Source of the DNA: Bdellovibrionia bacterium
GTDB taxonomy: Bacteria > Bdellovibrionota > UBA1018
Length of the DNA stretch: 16,887 bases
Assembly (NCBI GenBank): GCA_049424145.1
Contig: JBMSSC010000055.1
Location: 1 to 16,887, forward strand
Reading direction: 5' to 3'
In this document: piece by piece, positions 6,537-14,856 of the stretch
How the letters are laid out: each line of letters starts with the position of its first letter
Position numbering within the stretch: the first letter of the stretch is position 1
Notes under the pieces: model-generated
The model's input: only the letters and a program-made list of their open reading frames with translations
The model's database searches: none
Told to the model about the DNA's origin: nothing
Position numbers and translations under genes: made by a program

Positions 6537-8069
6537 ATGAGTCAAGTCAGTTGGAATCGTCAACTTGGTCTGGCCATCAGTCTTTTTGCTCTCAGTACGT
6601 TTGCCTATTGGCTCGAGTTCAAGCACAAGCCAGAAAAAGAGGCAAGCGAGGAGCGTTCCAAGCGCCTGTTTACTCTGAAAGAAGATCCTGTTCACGGGAT
6701 TTCCATTTCCTCGGGCGCCTTGAATCTTTCTCTGAGCTGCGTGGATTTGAAATCAAAACTCTGTAAACCCGGGGATCAATCCAAGTGGGAGATCACCTCT
6801 CCACTGAAAACAAAAGCAGACGATGGAAACGTCAATTCTCTGCTTTCAACGCTTCATCACCTCACCCCCACGGACGTGATTGACTTAAAGGACGAGGGAA
6901 ACGAGAAAAAACAACTCCTCTTAAAAGACTACGGACTCGATCCGGCTTCTCTTCCAACCGCTAAAAAAATCTCCGTAACGACGGAGAAGGGAATGAAGGT
7001 CCTCTACTTGGGCCAAGCCCACCCCTTGGGAGAAAGCCTTTTTGCCGCCGAAGAACTCGCACCGGCTGGCACCTCAAGCCAAGGAAAACCCGATACCGAT
7101 CGAATTTTCCTCATCAATCACTCGTTTAAGACTCAACTGGAGCGAGATTTATCCTATTGGAGAAACAAAAAGCTTTTCTCTCTGGGGGCAAGCGAGATTG
7201 AGTCATTTGAGCTCAAGGGACCTCAAAATCAACTCCAAGCCTTTCGAAAGGACGGTCGATGGACTTTAAAAGCCCAAGGCAAAGAAGTCCCCGGTGACAT
7301 TGAGGCCATTGACACCCTGCTGACCTCCACAGTTTTTCTCTCGGCCAAAGGCTTTGTCTCCGATCAGAAGGCAGCTCCCCCCGCTCAAAAAGCCCTCATC
7401 GGCTTTACCCCCGCATTCAGTCTCAAGCTTCAAACCTTCTCGCACGAGGGAACCTCGACTCCCCCCCCTCCACTGGAGCTCAAGGTATTTCAGAAGAAAT
7501 CTCCTGGCTCCGCTTCCGGAAAGCTCTTGGCCACTTTGTCGAATTCTGATCCCCTCTTTGAGCTTGACCCGAGCGCCTTGGATCGCCTCAATCGATCCGT
7601 CAAGGATCTGCGCTGGTCTAAGCTCATCAGCTCTATGGACCAATTCTCAGCCAAGCGACTTGAATTTGAGGGAAAATCGCTCGGATCAAAACCCTGGGTC
7701 TGGGTGAATCAGCAAGGAAAGTGGATCCTAGAGTCCACAAAGGCTCCCGTTGCCTCAGAAAAAGTTCAAGCCACCTTAGATCTTCTCTCCGGCAATCGCA
7801 TTGAGGACACCCGTCCCTCTCAGGGAAGCCTGCCTCAGACGGCAGAATCCCTCACCTTGACGTTAGGGGATGATCGGACACCCAAAAAACGCCAATTCCT
7901 TTTCTGGAAGAAAGACGGTAAGCTCTGGGCTCGAGATTTACACTCCAACATGAACTTCGATCTACTCATTCAATCGTCTGTGGAGGCCGGATTGCCCTGG
8001 AACGATCATTTCTTTACTCCCCCCTCAGCCCCTGAGCCTAAGACCCCAGCGGATCTGAAGAAACCATGA
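6537..8069 (+). CDS. DUF4340-like membrane-anchored periplasmic protein
   Basis: N-terminal TM segment; W-x-I-x-x-P..KAD..V..LL, DYGLDP, LYLG and WRNKKLF patterns, with W..V..LL repeated. Sits in the usual position after a gldG-like gene. RBS GAGGAG at 6521-6526. Confidence 0.7.
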   Translation: MSQVSWNRQLGLAISLFALSTFAYWLEFKHKPEKEASEERSKRLFTLKEDPVHGISISSGALNLSLSCVDLKSKLCKPGDQSKWEITSPLKTKADDGNVNSLLSTLHHLTPTDVIDLKDEGNEKKQLLLKDYGLDPASLPTAKKISVTTEKGMKVLYLGQAHPLGESLFAAEELAPAGTSSQGKPDTDRIFLINHSFKTQLERDLSYWRNKKLFSLGASEIESFELKGPQNQLQAFRKDGRWTLKAQGKEVPGDIEAIDTLLTSTVFLSAKGFVSDQKAAPPAQKALIGFTPAFSLKLQTFSHEGTSTPPPPLELKVFQKKSPGSASGKLLATLSNSDPLFELDPSALDRLNRSVKDLRWSKLISSMDQFSAKRLEFEGKSLGSKPWVWVNQQGKWILESTKAPVASEKVQATLDLLSGNRIEDTRPSQGSLPQTAESLTLTLGDDRTPKKRQFLFWKKDGKLWARDLHSNMNFDLLIQSSVEAGLPWNDHFFTPPSAPEPKTPADLKKP

Positions 8070-8836
8070 GGCAGTGTCCCTCCTGCAGCTTCGAACTGCG
8101 ATACGAAGACGAGCCGTCCTGGGCTCACTGCCCTCACTGTGGAGCCTCATTGCGAACTCCACCTGAAGAGCCACAGGGGATTCAAGCCGACTCCAACTGG
8201 CTGAAGGATTACTTTTGCACTCTGGTTTCACTCTTGACTCACCCCGAGCGTTTTTTTCGATCCCTTCCCAAGCAGCCCAATGCCTCCCAAGCGTTAGCCT
8301 TTGCCCTGGTGACTCATTGGATTGGAACGGCCGCATCCACCCTGTGGAAACTGGGAGTGGGCCACGAACCCCAGGACTTCATTCAAACTTGGTTCCTCAA
8401 ATTCATGAGCCAGTCAGGACCGATTTCGTCCTCTTGGAACGCGCTTCAAACCCCCTTTTCCTCCTGGTTGTTCAGCACCAGTGGGGTTCTCATTGATCCG
8501 TTCGTTTCTCTGGGAGCACTCCTGGTTTCAACCGCCTTGGCCTATCCCGTTGCGTACTTACTCATCCCCAACCGCTCTCAACTCACTTTCTTGGCTCTTT
8601 TGGTCCCTTACTGCTACGCAATGGGCTCATCGATCTTTCTTGCGCTCCCTTGGATTGGCGCTTTTCTCTCTGGCCTCTCGGGGATCCTTCTCACAATCTT
8701 AGGCATTCGACAGAGGTTTCAAATCTCCACCTCGCGAGCTGCCCTGATTTTCCTTTCCCCTTGGCTAGTGTCGGTTTTTTTTCTCCTGCTTATTTTCGGG
8801 TTACTTGTGATCGGGTTCTTAGGACTCACCCGCTAG
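8066..8836 (+). CDS. Zinc-ribbon plus Yip1-like multi-pass membrane protein
   Basis: N-terminal CPSC-x14-CPHCG, then LLTHPERFFRSL and about five hydrophobic helices. ATGA overlap with the upstream gene. Confidence 0.65.
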   Translation: MRQCPSCSFELRYEDEPSWAHCPHCGASLRTPPEEPQGIQADSNWLKDYFCTLVSLLTHPERFFRSLPKQPNASQALAFALVTHWIGTAASTLWKLGVGHEPQDFIQTWFLKFMSQSGPISSSWNALQTPFSSWLFSTSGVLIDPFVSLGALLVSTALAYPVAYLLIPNRSQLTFLALLVPYCYAMGSSIFLALPWIGAFLSGLSGILLTILGIRQRFQISTSRAALIFLSPWLVSVFFLLLIFGLLVIGFLGLTR

Positions 8837-8995
8837 AAAAGAAAGCGCAATTCGATCCTGCGCCTGATCTTGCCTGACTCGGATTGTCATTTCGTCCTCA
8901 TCCTCCTCGCATCCGATTCTGAACATCCAGGGGATGGGATCTCTGCTTTTTTCTAGACGCGCGCGAAAAAAAAACCTTAAACTCAAGCCTAGCCC

Positions 8996-10135
8996 ATGCT
9001 CAAAAACAGAGTCTTTCTCCTGCTTGCCCCACTTCTTTTTTTTTCCGGACTCTTAGCTCGCGAGTTCTGGGAGAAAACCCATCCCTCGTCACGACTCTTG
9101 CAATCCTCACCTCAACCTTGGATGACACCCCTGGGAGCCTCATCGGGATCATCCCCTGGAATTTGTGAGAACTTCTATCACTTCATCTGCAAGAAACAAG
9201 GCGACGGCAGCGATCCCACAGGCTCAGTCCGCAGTGATATCCAGGGGGAGAAAATCGCACTCAGCCTTTATCGCGACATCATTCTGGAGCATCGCAACTG
9301 GAGCGTGGAGCAAATCGATGAAGAGATGGCCAAGCGAACGTTTAATACAAAAAGAAGAGCACGGCTTCAGTCGGCTTTTCAGTGGGTTAAAACCCAGATG
9401 ATCGCCTTCATTGAAGCACAACCCTCCGCTGTTTTTACGACCTCGGAGAAAAAGCAAATCCAAAGCCGCCTTCAAAAAACCCAGCTTCAGATTCCCCCAC
9501 CCGCCTCGCTGTATTCGGATGAGCCGGATCTGTTAACGAAAAACGAGATTTACTACGAGCGAACCTTGGACCATCGGAGGAAACTGCGGGTCGGTGGAGC
9601 TTACGTGTTTATCGCCAAATCCTGGTTTAACATTGTCTTCACCATGGCTCATGAGCTGGCCCATTCCATTGATCCCTGTGAGCTCAGAGCGGAGCGCCTT
9701 TCGTTTCCAGCCTATGACCACCTGAACGCTTGCCTGATTCAGGCTGGAATTATCGATCTGAGAAAAGACCGTTTTGAATGTGGGGCTAACGATCAACTTT
9801 CAGAGACTTTTGCCGATTGGATGGCCGTTCAAATCACAGCCGTTGCCCTTCAGGAGGCCTCCACCCGCTTTCAGCCCCACCAACTGGTGGACGCCATTCG
9901 AAACTCCGTGCGTGACCTCTGCGAGCAGGAGGAAGATACCGAGCTCTTTGAGACGGACTTTCATCCCCCTCCTCAAATTCGAATCACCCAGATTTTTGGA
10001 GCTCATCCCATCATTCAATCTTTGCTGGCTTGCCCAGCTTCTGCCCCTGTTTCTTCGTACTGTGGCTTTAAAACCTATACCTCAGAAAACCTCACGCAAC
10101 CCCAGCTTAAAGGCCTTCGACTCTATGAAAAGTAA
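8996..10135 (+). CDS. Exported zinc metallopeptidase, compact neprilysin (M13)-like gluzincin
   Basis: N-terminal hydrophobic segment; motifs CENFYHFIC, NEIYY, AHELAHSID (HExxH at 9650-9664), SETFADW and HPPPQIR; several Cys residues. Confidence 0.7.
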   Translation: MLKNRVFLLLAPLLFFSGLLAREFWEKTHPSSRLLQSSPQPWMTPLGASSGSSPGICENFYHFICKKQGDGSDPTGSVRSDIQGEKIALSLYRDIILEHRNWSVEQIDEEMAKRTFNTKRRARLQSAFQWVKTQMIAFIEAQPSAVFTTSEKKQIQSRLQKTQLQIPPPASLYSDEPDLLTKNEIYYERTLDHRRKLRVGGAYVFIAKSWFNIVFTMAHELAHSIDPCELRAERLSFPAYDHLNACLIQAGIIDLRKDRFECGANDQLSETFADWMAVQITAVALQEASTRFQPHQLVDAIRNSVRDLCEQEEDTELFETDFHPPPQIRITQIFGAHPIIQSLLACPASAPVSSYCGFKTYTSENLTQPQLKGLRLYEK

Positions 10136-10619
10136 ATCCTGCGCTTTACTCTGCCTTGCTCTGACACCCTTGCTTTTTTCCTCCTGCTCGCACCTTGTGC
10201 CTTCCCGCTTATCCGTTGCGCCAGGAGACCCTGAAACTCCTCAGGCTGAGCCCGCCCCCTCTTCTCCCCCCGTAGGCAGTAGCGTTCAGATTGAGTACCT
10301 TTTAAGACGCACTCACTACAGCTTTTTCATGGAGTCCAACACCGATCATGGACGAGTGAAAAGCTACTTGGATCGCCAACTCTTGAAAGAAGGTCGCATC
10401 CCACCTGAGAAGTGCTCCCAGTTTTTCCTCAAGATCTCGGAGTTCATGGCCCATCTGCCTGAGGATCAGGGGCGCAGCTCGTGCCAAAGCCCGTTTAAAA
10501 TCACCTATAAAAAAGGTGAGTTGGTTCGGGTCTCTGAGGGGTGCCGAAGCTCCGACTCAGGCTCTTTTAGTAAGCTGATTCGCGAAGGCGAATTCCTCTT
10601 GTATTCCGTCACTGACTAG
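10125..10619 (+). CDS. Putative lipoprotein of unknown function (164 aa)
   Basis: From ATG 10125: MKSKSCALLCLALTPLLFSSC (lipobox-like), a Pro-rich linker, then a small domain with Cys residues. Overlaps the peptidase end by 11 nt. The ORF-track start at 9774 is unlikely. Confidence 0.7.
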   Translation: MKSKSCALLCLALTPLLFSSCSHLVPSRLSVAPGDPETPQAEPAPSSPPVGSSVQIEYLLRRTHYSFFMESNTDHGRVKSYLDRQLLKEGRIPPEKCSQFFLKISEFMAHLPEDQGRSSCQSPFKITYKKGELVRVSEGCRSSDSGSFSKLIREGEFLLYSVTD

Positions 10620-10633
10620 CATTTGATAAGTCC

Positions 10634-11320
10634 ATGACTCACCCCCACTCCTCCCCATTTCATGGCATCATCGAGGTCATCTGCGGAAGCATGTTCAGTG
10701 GAAAAACCGAAGAGCTCCTCAGACGGATTAAGCGCGCCCACATTGCGCGGCAAAAAACTCAAGTCTTCAAACCCCATTTAGATGATCGCTACAGCACATC
10801 CCATATCCAAAGTCATAACGCCAATCAAACCCCCTCAGAGAGTGTGGGGAGCGCTTGGGAGATTTTGGATCGAATGAACGACCACACTCGATTAGTGGGA
10901 ATCGATGAGGCCCAGTTTTTTGATGAATCCATTGTCGAAGTCGCACAAAAACTAGCCTACCGGGGAATTCATGTGGTAGTAGCGGGTCTTGACATGGATT
11001 ACCTAGGAAAGCCCTTCGGCCCTATGCCCCAGTTATTGGCCATCGCAGAGGCCGTCACTAAGCTGCAGGCCGTCTGTGTGATTTGCGGAGGTCCTGCTTC
11101 ACGAACGCAGCGGACCTCAGCCCCAGACCATGCCTCAGGCTCCACCATCCTTGTGGGAGCCCAGGAGTTTTACGAAGCTCGCTGCCGATTCTGCCACGAC
11201 CCGCAGTGGACCCCCTTGCCTTCCTGGAGTGAAGGCCTCAGTCGCTCAGCCGAGCCGAGGGAACGCTCCGAGTCCTCGGATTCACCCACGCCAAGCCTCA
11301 CCGGAGGTGCCTCCGGATGA
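10634..11320 (+). CDS. tdk: Thymidine kinase (type II / TK1-like)
   Basis: P-loop GSMFSGKTEEL, FKP..DDRY, IDEAQF, AGLDMDYLGKPFG, and Zn ligands CVIC and YEARCRFCH. Confidence 0.96.
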   Translation: MTHPHSSPFHGIIEVICGSMFSGKTEELLRRIKRAHIARQKTQVFKPHLDDRYSTSHIQSHNANQTPSESVGSAWEILDRMNDHTRLVGIDEAQFFDESIVEVAQKLAYRGIHVVVAGLDMDYLGKPFGPMPQLLAIAEAVTKLQAVCVICGGPASRTQRTSAPDHASGSTILVGAQEFYEARCRFCHDPQWTPLPSWSEGLSRSAEPRERSESSDSPTPSLTGGASG

Positions 11321-12144
11321 ACTCCTCTCAGGTCCCCATCGACTCTCAATACACGCGATTACGCTACCAACTCTCCCAGGCCCAGCACGGCTATGGCCCA
11401 AACGTTCACCTCTTATCCGACCCGTTTCTACTCTCTCATTTGGCCACCCTGTGCTCCGAACAAACCACTCAGCCTGTGATCAATCAACTGGTCACCACGC
11501 TCTACTCCTCCTTACTCACCCTCGTTGTGAACGCCGAGTTTCCAACCACCTGGACTCAAGTTAAAACGCGAATGGCCTCCCAGCATCCTGAAGCCCTCTA
11601 CCAGGGACCCATCATTCATGCTGAAACTCCCGTAGTGAGCGTAAACCTGGCTCGCGCAGGCACCCTGCCTTCCCAAGTCTGCTACAATGCGTTAAACTAC
11701 TTCATGCGCCCAGAGAAGGTTCGACAAGACCACATCAGCATTGGTCGCACCACCGATGAACAGGAGCAGGTCACCGGCAGCCGCGTGGCGGGCCACAAAA
11801 TCGGGGGTTCAATCGAAGACTCGATCGTTTTATTTCCCGATCCCATGGGGGCCACAGGAAGCACTTTAGTGGAAGCCATGGACCTTTATAAAACGAAGGG
11901 AAAAGCACTCAAGTACATTGCAATTCATTGCATTGTGACGCCTGAGTATTTAAGAAAAGTCACCGTCCATCATCCCGATTTGACGATCTATGCGATCCGA
12001 TTGGACCGAGGACTTTCTGAAAAAAAAGTCCTCGATTCCTACCCAGGACAGTTCTGGGATCAGGAAAAGGGACTGAACTCCAAACACTACATTGTCCCCG
12101 GCGGCGGGGGCTTTGGGGAGATCCTAAATAATGCCTACATCTGA
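11317..12144 (+). CDS. upp: Uracil phosphoribosyltransferase-like protein (atypical motifs)
   Basis: VNLARAG, PRPP loop DPMGATGST and LNSKHYIVPG. ATGA overlap with tdk. Confidence 0.75.
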   Translation: MNSSQVPIDSQYTRLRYQLSQAQHGYGPNVHLLSDPFLLSHLATLCSEQTTQPVINQLVTTLYSSLLTLVVNAEFPTTWTQVKTRMASQHPEALYQGPIIHAETPVVSVNLARAGTLPSQVCYNALNYFMRPEKVRQDHISIGRTTDEQEQVTGSRVAGHKIGGSIEDSIVLFPDPMGATGSTLVEAMDLYKTKGKALKYIAIHCIVTPEYLRKVTVHHPDLTIYAIRLDRGLSEKKVLDSYPGQFWDQEKGLNSKHYIVPGGGGFGEILNNAYI

Positions 12145-12679
12145 CGATATTAAGAACCAAGAACCAAAAGTCCTCATCCCAGAAGTCAAGGTTCAAGCTC
12201 GAATTGCGGAGCTCGCCCAAGACATCAATCATGACTACCACGGAAAAGAAGTGGTGGCCTTGTGTATCTTAAAAGGAAGTTTCGTCTTCTTTTCTGATCT
12301 CATTCGCCACTTAAACATGCCCCTGAGCTGTGAGTTCTTAGGGGTCTCCAGTTATGGAAGCCGCACAGTGTCCTCAGGCGAAGTGAAGATCACACTCGAC
12401 ATTCATGAGCCTTTGGAAAACCGCCACGTGATCATCTTTGAAGACATCGTGGACTCGGGCTTAACCCTCTCTTACATCATGGACTTTATTCGAGCTCGAA
12501 AGCCTGCCTCGCTCAAAAGCTGCTCGTTGCTCATGAAGCCTGACTCATTAAAAACAGAAATCGATGTGGATTACATTGGTTTTAAAATTGGCAAAGAATT
12601 TGTCGTGGGCTACGGAATTGACTTTGCTGGTCAATTTCGAGGACTGCCCTACATCGGATTTCTGGAGTACGATCACTAA
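12131..12679 (+). CDS. hpt: Hypoxanthine(-guanine) phosphoribosyltransferase
   Basis: ILKGSFVFFSDL, VSSYG, PRPP motif IFEDIVDSGLTL, FVVGYGIDF and RGLPYIG. Confidence 0.95.
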   Translation: MPTSDDIKNQEPKVLIPEVKVQARIAELAQDINHDYHGKEVVALCILKGSFVFFSDLIRHLNMPLSCEFLGVSSYGSRTVSSGEVKITLDIHEPLENRHVIIFEDIVDSGLTLSYIMDFIRARKPASLKSCSLLMKPDSLKTEIDVDYIGFKIGKEFVVGYGIDFAGQFRGLPYIGFLEYDH

Positions 12680-12797
12680 GCCGGCTGCCCCCGGGTCCGA
12701 GCCCCAAAGCAAACCGAGTGAAATTGATTTTCCCTACCAAAAAAATGAGCTACCCTCGATTCATCATCAACTCCATGGCTAACCACAGGACAACCCC

Positions 12798-13937
12798 ATG
12801 AATCTTAAAATCCGCTCAAAAGCTCCCACTCGAATCGATTTAGCGGGAGGAACTCTGGATCTTTGGCCGCTTTATTTATTCCTTCATGAGCCTCAGACCA
12901 TTAACCTGGGGATCAACCTGTTTGCCGAAGCAGTCTTAGAGACCTCACCGTCCAATCCAAGCCAAGCCGCTGGGGTTTACCTCCGCTCGGAAGATCAAAA
13001 GCTTGAGGTGAGTCTTCCCTGGGAGGCCTTCGCCCAAGGCGAAAGCCCCCAGGTGATGCCTGCCTTAGCGCTGCATACCAAGCTTCTCCACTTTTTTCTT
13101 AAACCCATTCACGCGCAGGGAACACTCCCCCCGAACCACTCCCTCCGCCTCACCACCCAGGCGTTCAGCCCAGCCGGAGCAGGCCTTGGAGGATCCTCAA
13201 CTTTAAGCATTGCCTTAATTGGGGCCTTATCGGCTTGGAGTCATGCCCTTGAGAAGGGCACAGCAGGACTTGCCCAATTCAACCCGGAGCCTCAGGGAGA
13301 AACCTTCATTGAGATCGTCAGGGACCTGGAGACCACCGTGATTCAAGTTCCAGCAGGCCTGCAGGATTACTATGGTGCGATGTACGGAGGCCTGCAATCC
13401 ATCCAGTGGACCTCCCCGAGTCCATCGCGACGCCACTTGCCGCAAGAACTCATCCATGAACTCGAAGATCGGATCCTTCTTTTTTACTCCGGCCAATCGA
13501 GAAACTCGGGCATCAATAATTGGGTTTTATTTAAGGACTTCATTGATCAAAAACACGAGGTTCGCCAGAAGTTCCAGAAAATCTCCGAGGCCACCCAGGC
13601 CCTTGAGATGGCTTTACTGAAAAAAGACTGGTCCGCCGTGGGTCGAGCCATCGCCTGGGAATGGGAAACCCGACAGAGCTTAGCTCCCGGCATCTCCACC
13701 CCTGAGATTGATGCCGTGTTTCAGAAAGCAGCCCAAATTACCCCACTCTCAGGGAAGATCTGTGGTGCCGGAGGAGGAGGGTGCTTTTTTCTCTACCTGC
13801 AAGAACCTTCCCCTGAAAAGCGCGCCCAACTCAAACGACAGATTCAAGAACAACTCCTTCAGGGGCCCATTCGTCCGCTGCCCTTTCAAGGGGTTCCGCA
13901 CGGACTTCAACTTGTGGTAGAAACGTGCCGTGCGTGA
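12798..13937 (+). CDS. GHMP-family sugar(-phosphate) kinase, HddA (heptose-7-phosphate kinase)-like
   Basis: KAPTRIDLAGGTLD, PAGAGLGGSS, GLQDYY, LLFYSG.SR.S and GKICGAGGGG. Confidence 0.85.
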   Translation: MNLKIRSKAPTRIDLAGGTLDLWPLYLFLHEPQTINLGINLFAEAVLETSPSNPSQAAGVYLRSEDQKLEVSLPWEAFAQGESPQVMPALALHTKLLHFFLKPIHAQGTLPPNHSLRLTTQAFSPAGAGLGGSSTLSIALIGALSAWSHALEKGTAGLAQFNPEPQGETFIEIVRDLETTVIQVPAGLQDYYGAMYGGLQSIQWTSPSPSRRHLPQELIHELEDRILLFYSGQSRNSGINNWVLFKDFIDQKHEVRQKFQKISEATQALEMALLKKDWSAVGRAIAWEWETRQSLAPGISTPEIDAVFQKAAQITPLSGKICGAGGGGCFFLYLQEPSPEKRAQLKRQIQEQLLQGPIRPLPFQGVPHGLQLVVETCRA

Positions 13938-14775
13938 GGAAAAGCGCTTCATCGGATTAGAACTGGCCGGGGCTAAGAACCAAAAAACCTCCGTGGCGGT
14001 CATTGAGTATTACCCCCAAGCTCAGAAGATCTTTTTAAGAGACTTATTTGACAAGATCACCCCCCATGATGCGCATCAGAGCCCAGATGAGGCCTTAGTC
14101 GAACTCATCTTAAGCTTCAAGCCGTCGCTTTCTCAAGTGGGCGTGAACGTGCCGTTTTCACTGCCCGCCTGCATCACCTGCCAGAGAAAGGACTGTCCCT
14201 ACCCACCTCACTGCACGGTTTCAGAGGTCAAGTGGATGCGAGAGACACTGAAATCAGCACAACACGATAAACCGCACCGCGTGAAGGAAATCACCCCATA
14301 CACGCAACGAGCCGCTGAGATTTGGATTCGCACCCACGTGCTCCCCCACTTACCCGAGGAGAGTGCCTTTGAAATTGACGAAGCGCTCGGGGGAAACAAA
14401 GCCCCCCTGACTGCGCGAATGAACTTTCTCACCCGTCACCTTCAAGGCGTCGAGTGCCTTGAGGTCTGGCCCAAGCTAAGCGTGGCCATCTTAGCCGAGC
14501 TGACCTCCATTTCTCCGCGGGTCATCTCAAGCTACAGGCACCTGGAAACCGGCGCTGAATCCCGTGAGGAAATCCTCTCCACTTGGGTCGAGGACCAACA
14601 GATCTTCATCTATGATCGGGACTTTAAGAAGCTCTGTCAAAGCTTACCTGCGTTTGATTCCTTCGTCTGCGCTTACACGGCCTTACTGAGCTTTCTTGGC
14701 AAATGCCAAAAGCCTCCTCGTGGCTTCCCCTCTCATGCCTCTTGGGTACATTTTCCCAAACTGAATGAGGAGTAA
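13930..14775 (+). CDS. DUF429-like (predicted RNase H-fold) protein with a Cys-rich insert
   Basis: FIGLELAG..KTSVAVI, VGVNVPFSLP, R-x-x-E (RAAE), LEVWP and FDSFVCAYTA follow the order of DUF429 motifs. GTG start overlaps the kinase end by 8 nt. Confidence 0.65.
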   Translation: MREEKRFIGLELAGAKNQKTSVAVIEYYPQAQKIFLRDLFDKITPHDAHQSPDEALVELILSFKPSLSQVGVNVPFSLPACITCQRKDCPYPPHCTVSEVKWMRETLKSAQHDKPHRVKEITPYTQRAAEIWIRTHVLPHLPEESAFEIDEALGGNKAPLTARMNFLTRHLQGVECLEVWPKLSVAILAELTSISPRVISSYRHLETGAESREEILSTWVEDQQIFIYDRDFKKLCQSLPAFDSFVCAYTALLSFLGKCQKPPRGFPSHASWVHFPKLNEE

Positions 14776-14856
14776 GGATCGACTCACCCTCTTAAGCTGC
14801 TGAAATCGTCGAGTTCAACCCAAGAGACCTGGGCCAGTGCCCTTGATTCTCCCTGC

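Noticed and set aside
9774..10124. Long 5' extension of the lipoprotein ORF overlapping the peptidase
   Set aside because: It overlaps the peptidase catalytic region in another frame, and the signal peptide begins at ATG 10125.
14776..14856. Expected bidirectional terminator or iscX between the convergent DUF429-like and fdx genes
   Set aside because: Only weak 4-5 bp stems without U-tracts, and no room for iscX; its absence after fdx is not unusual.
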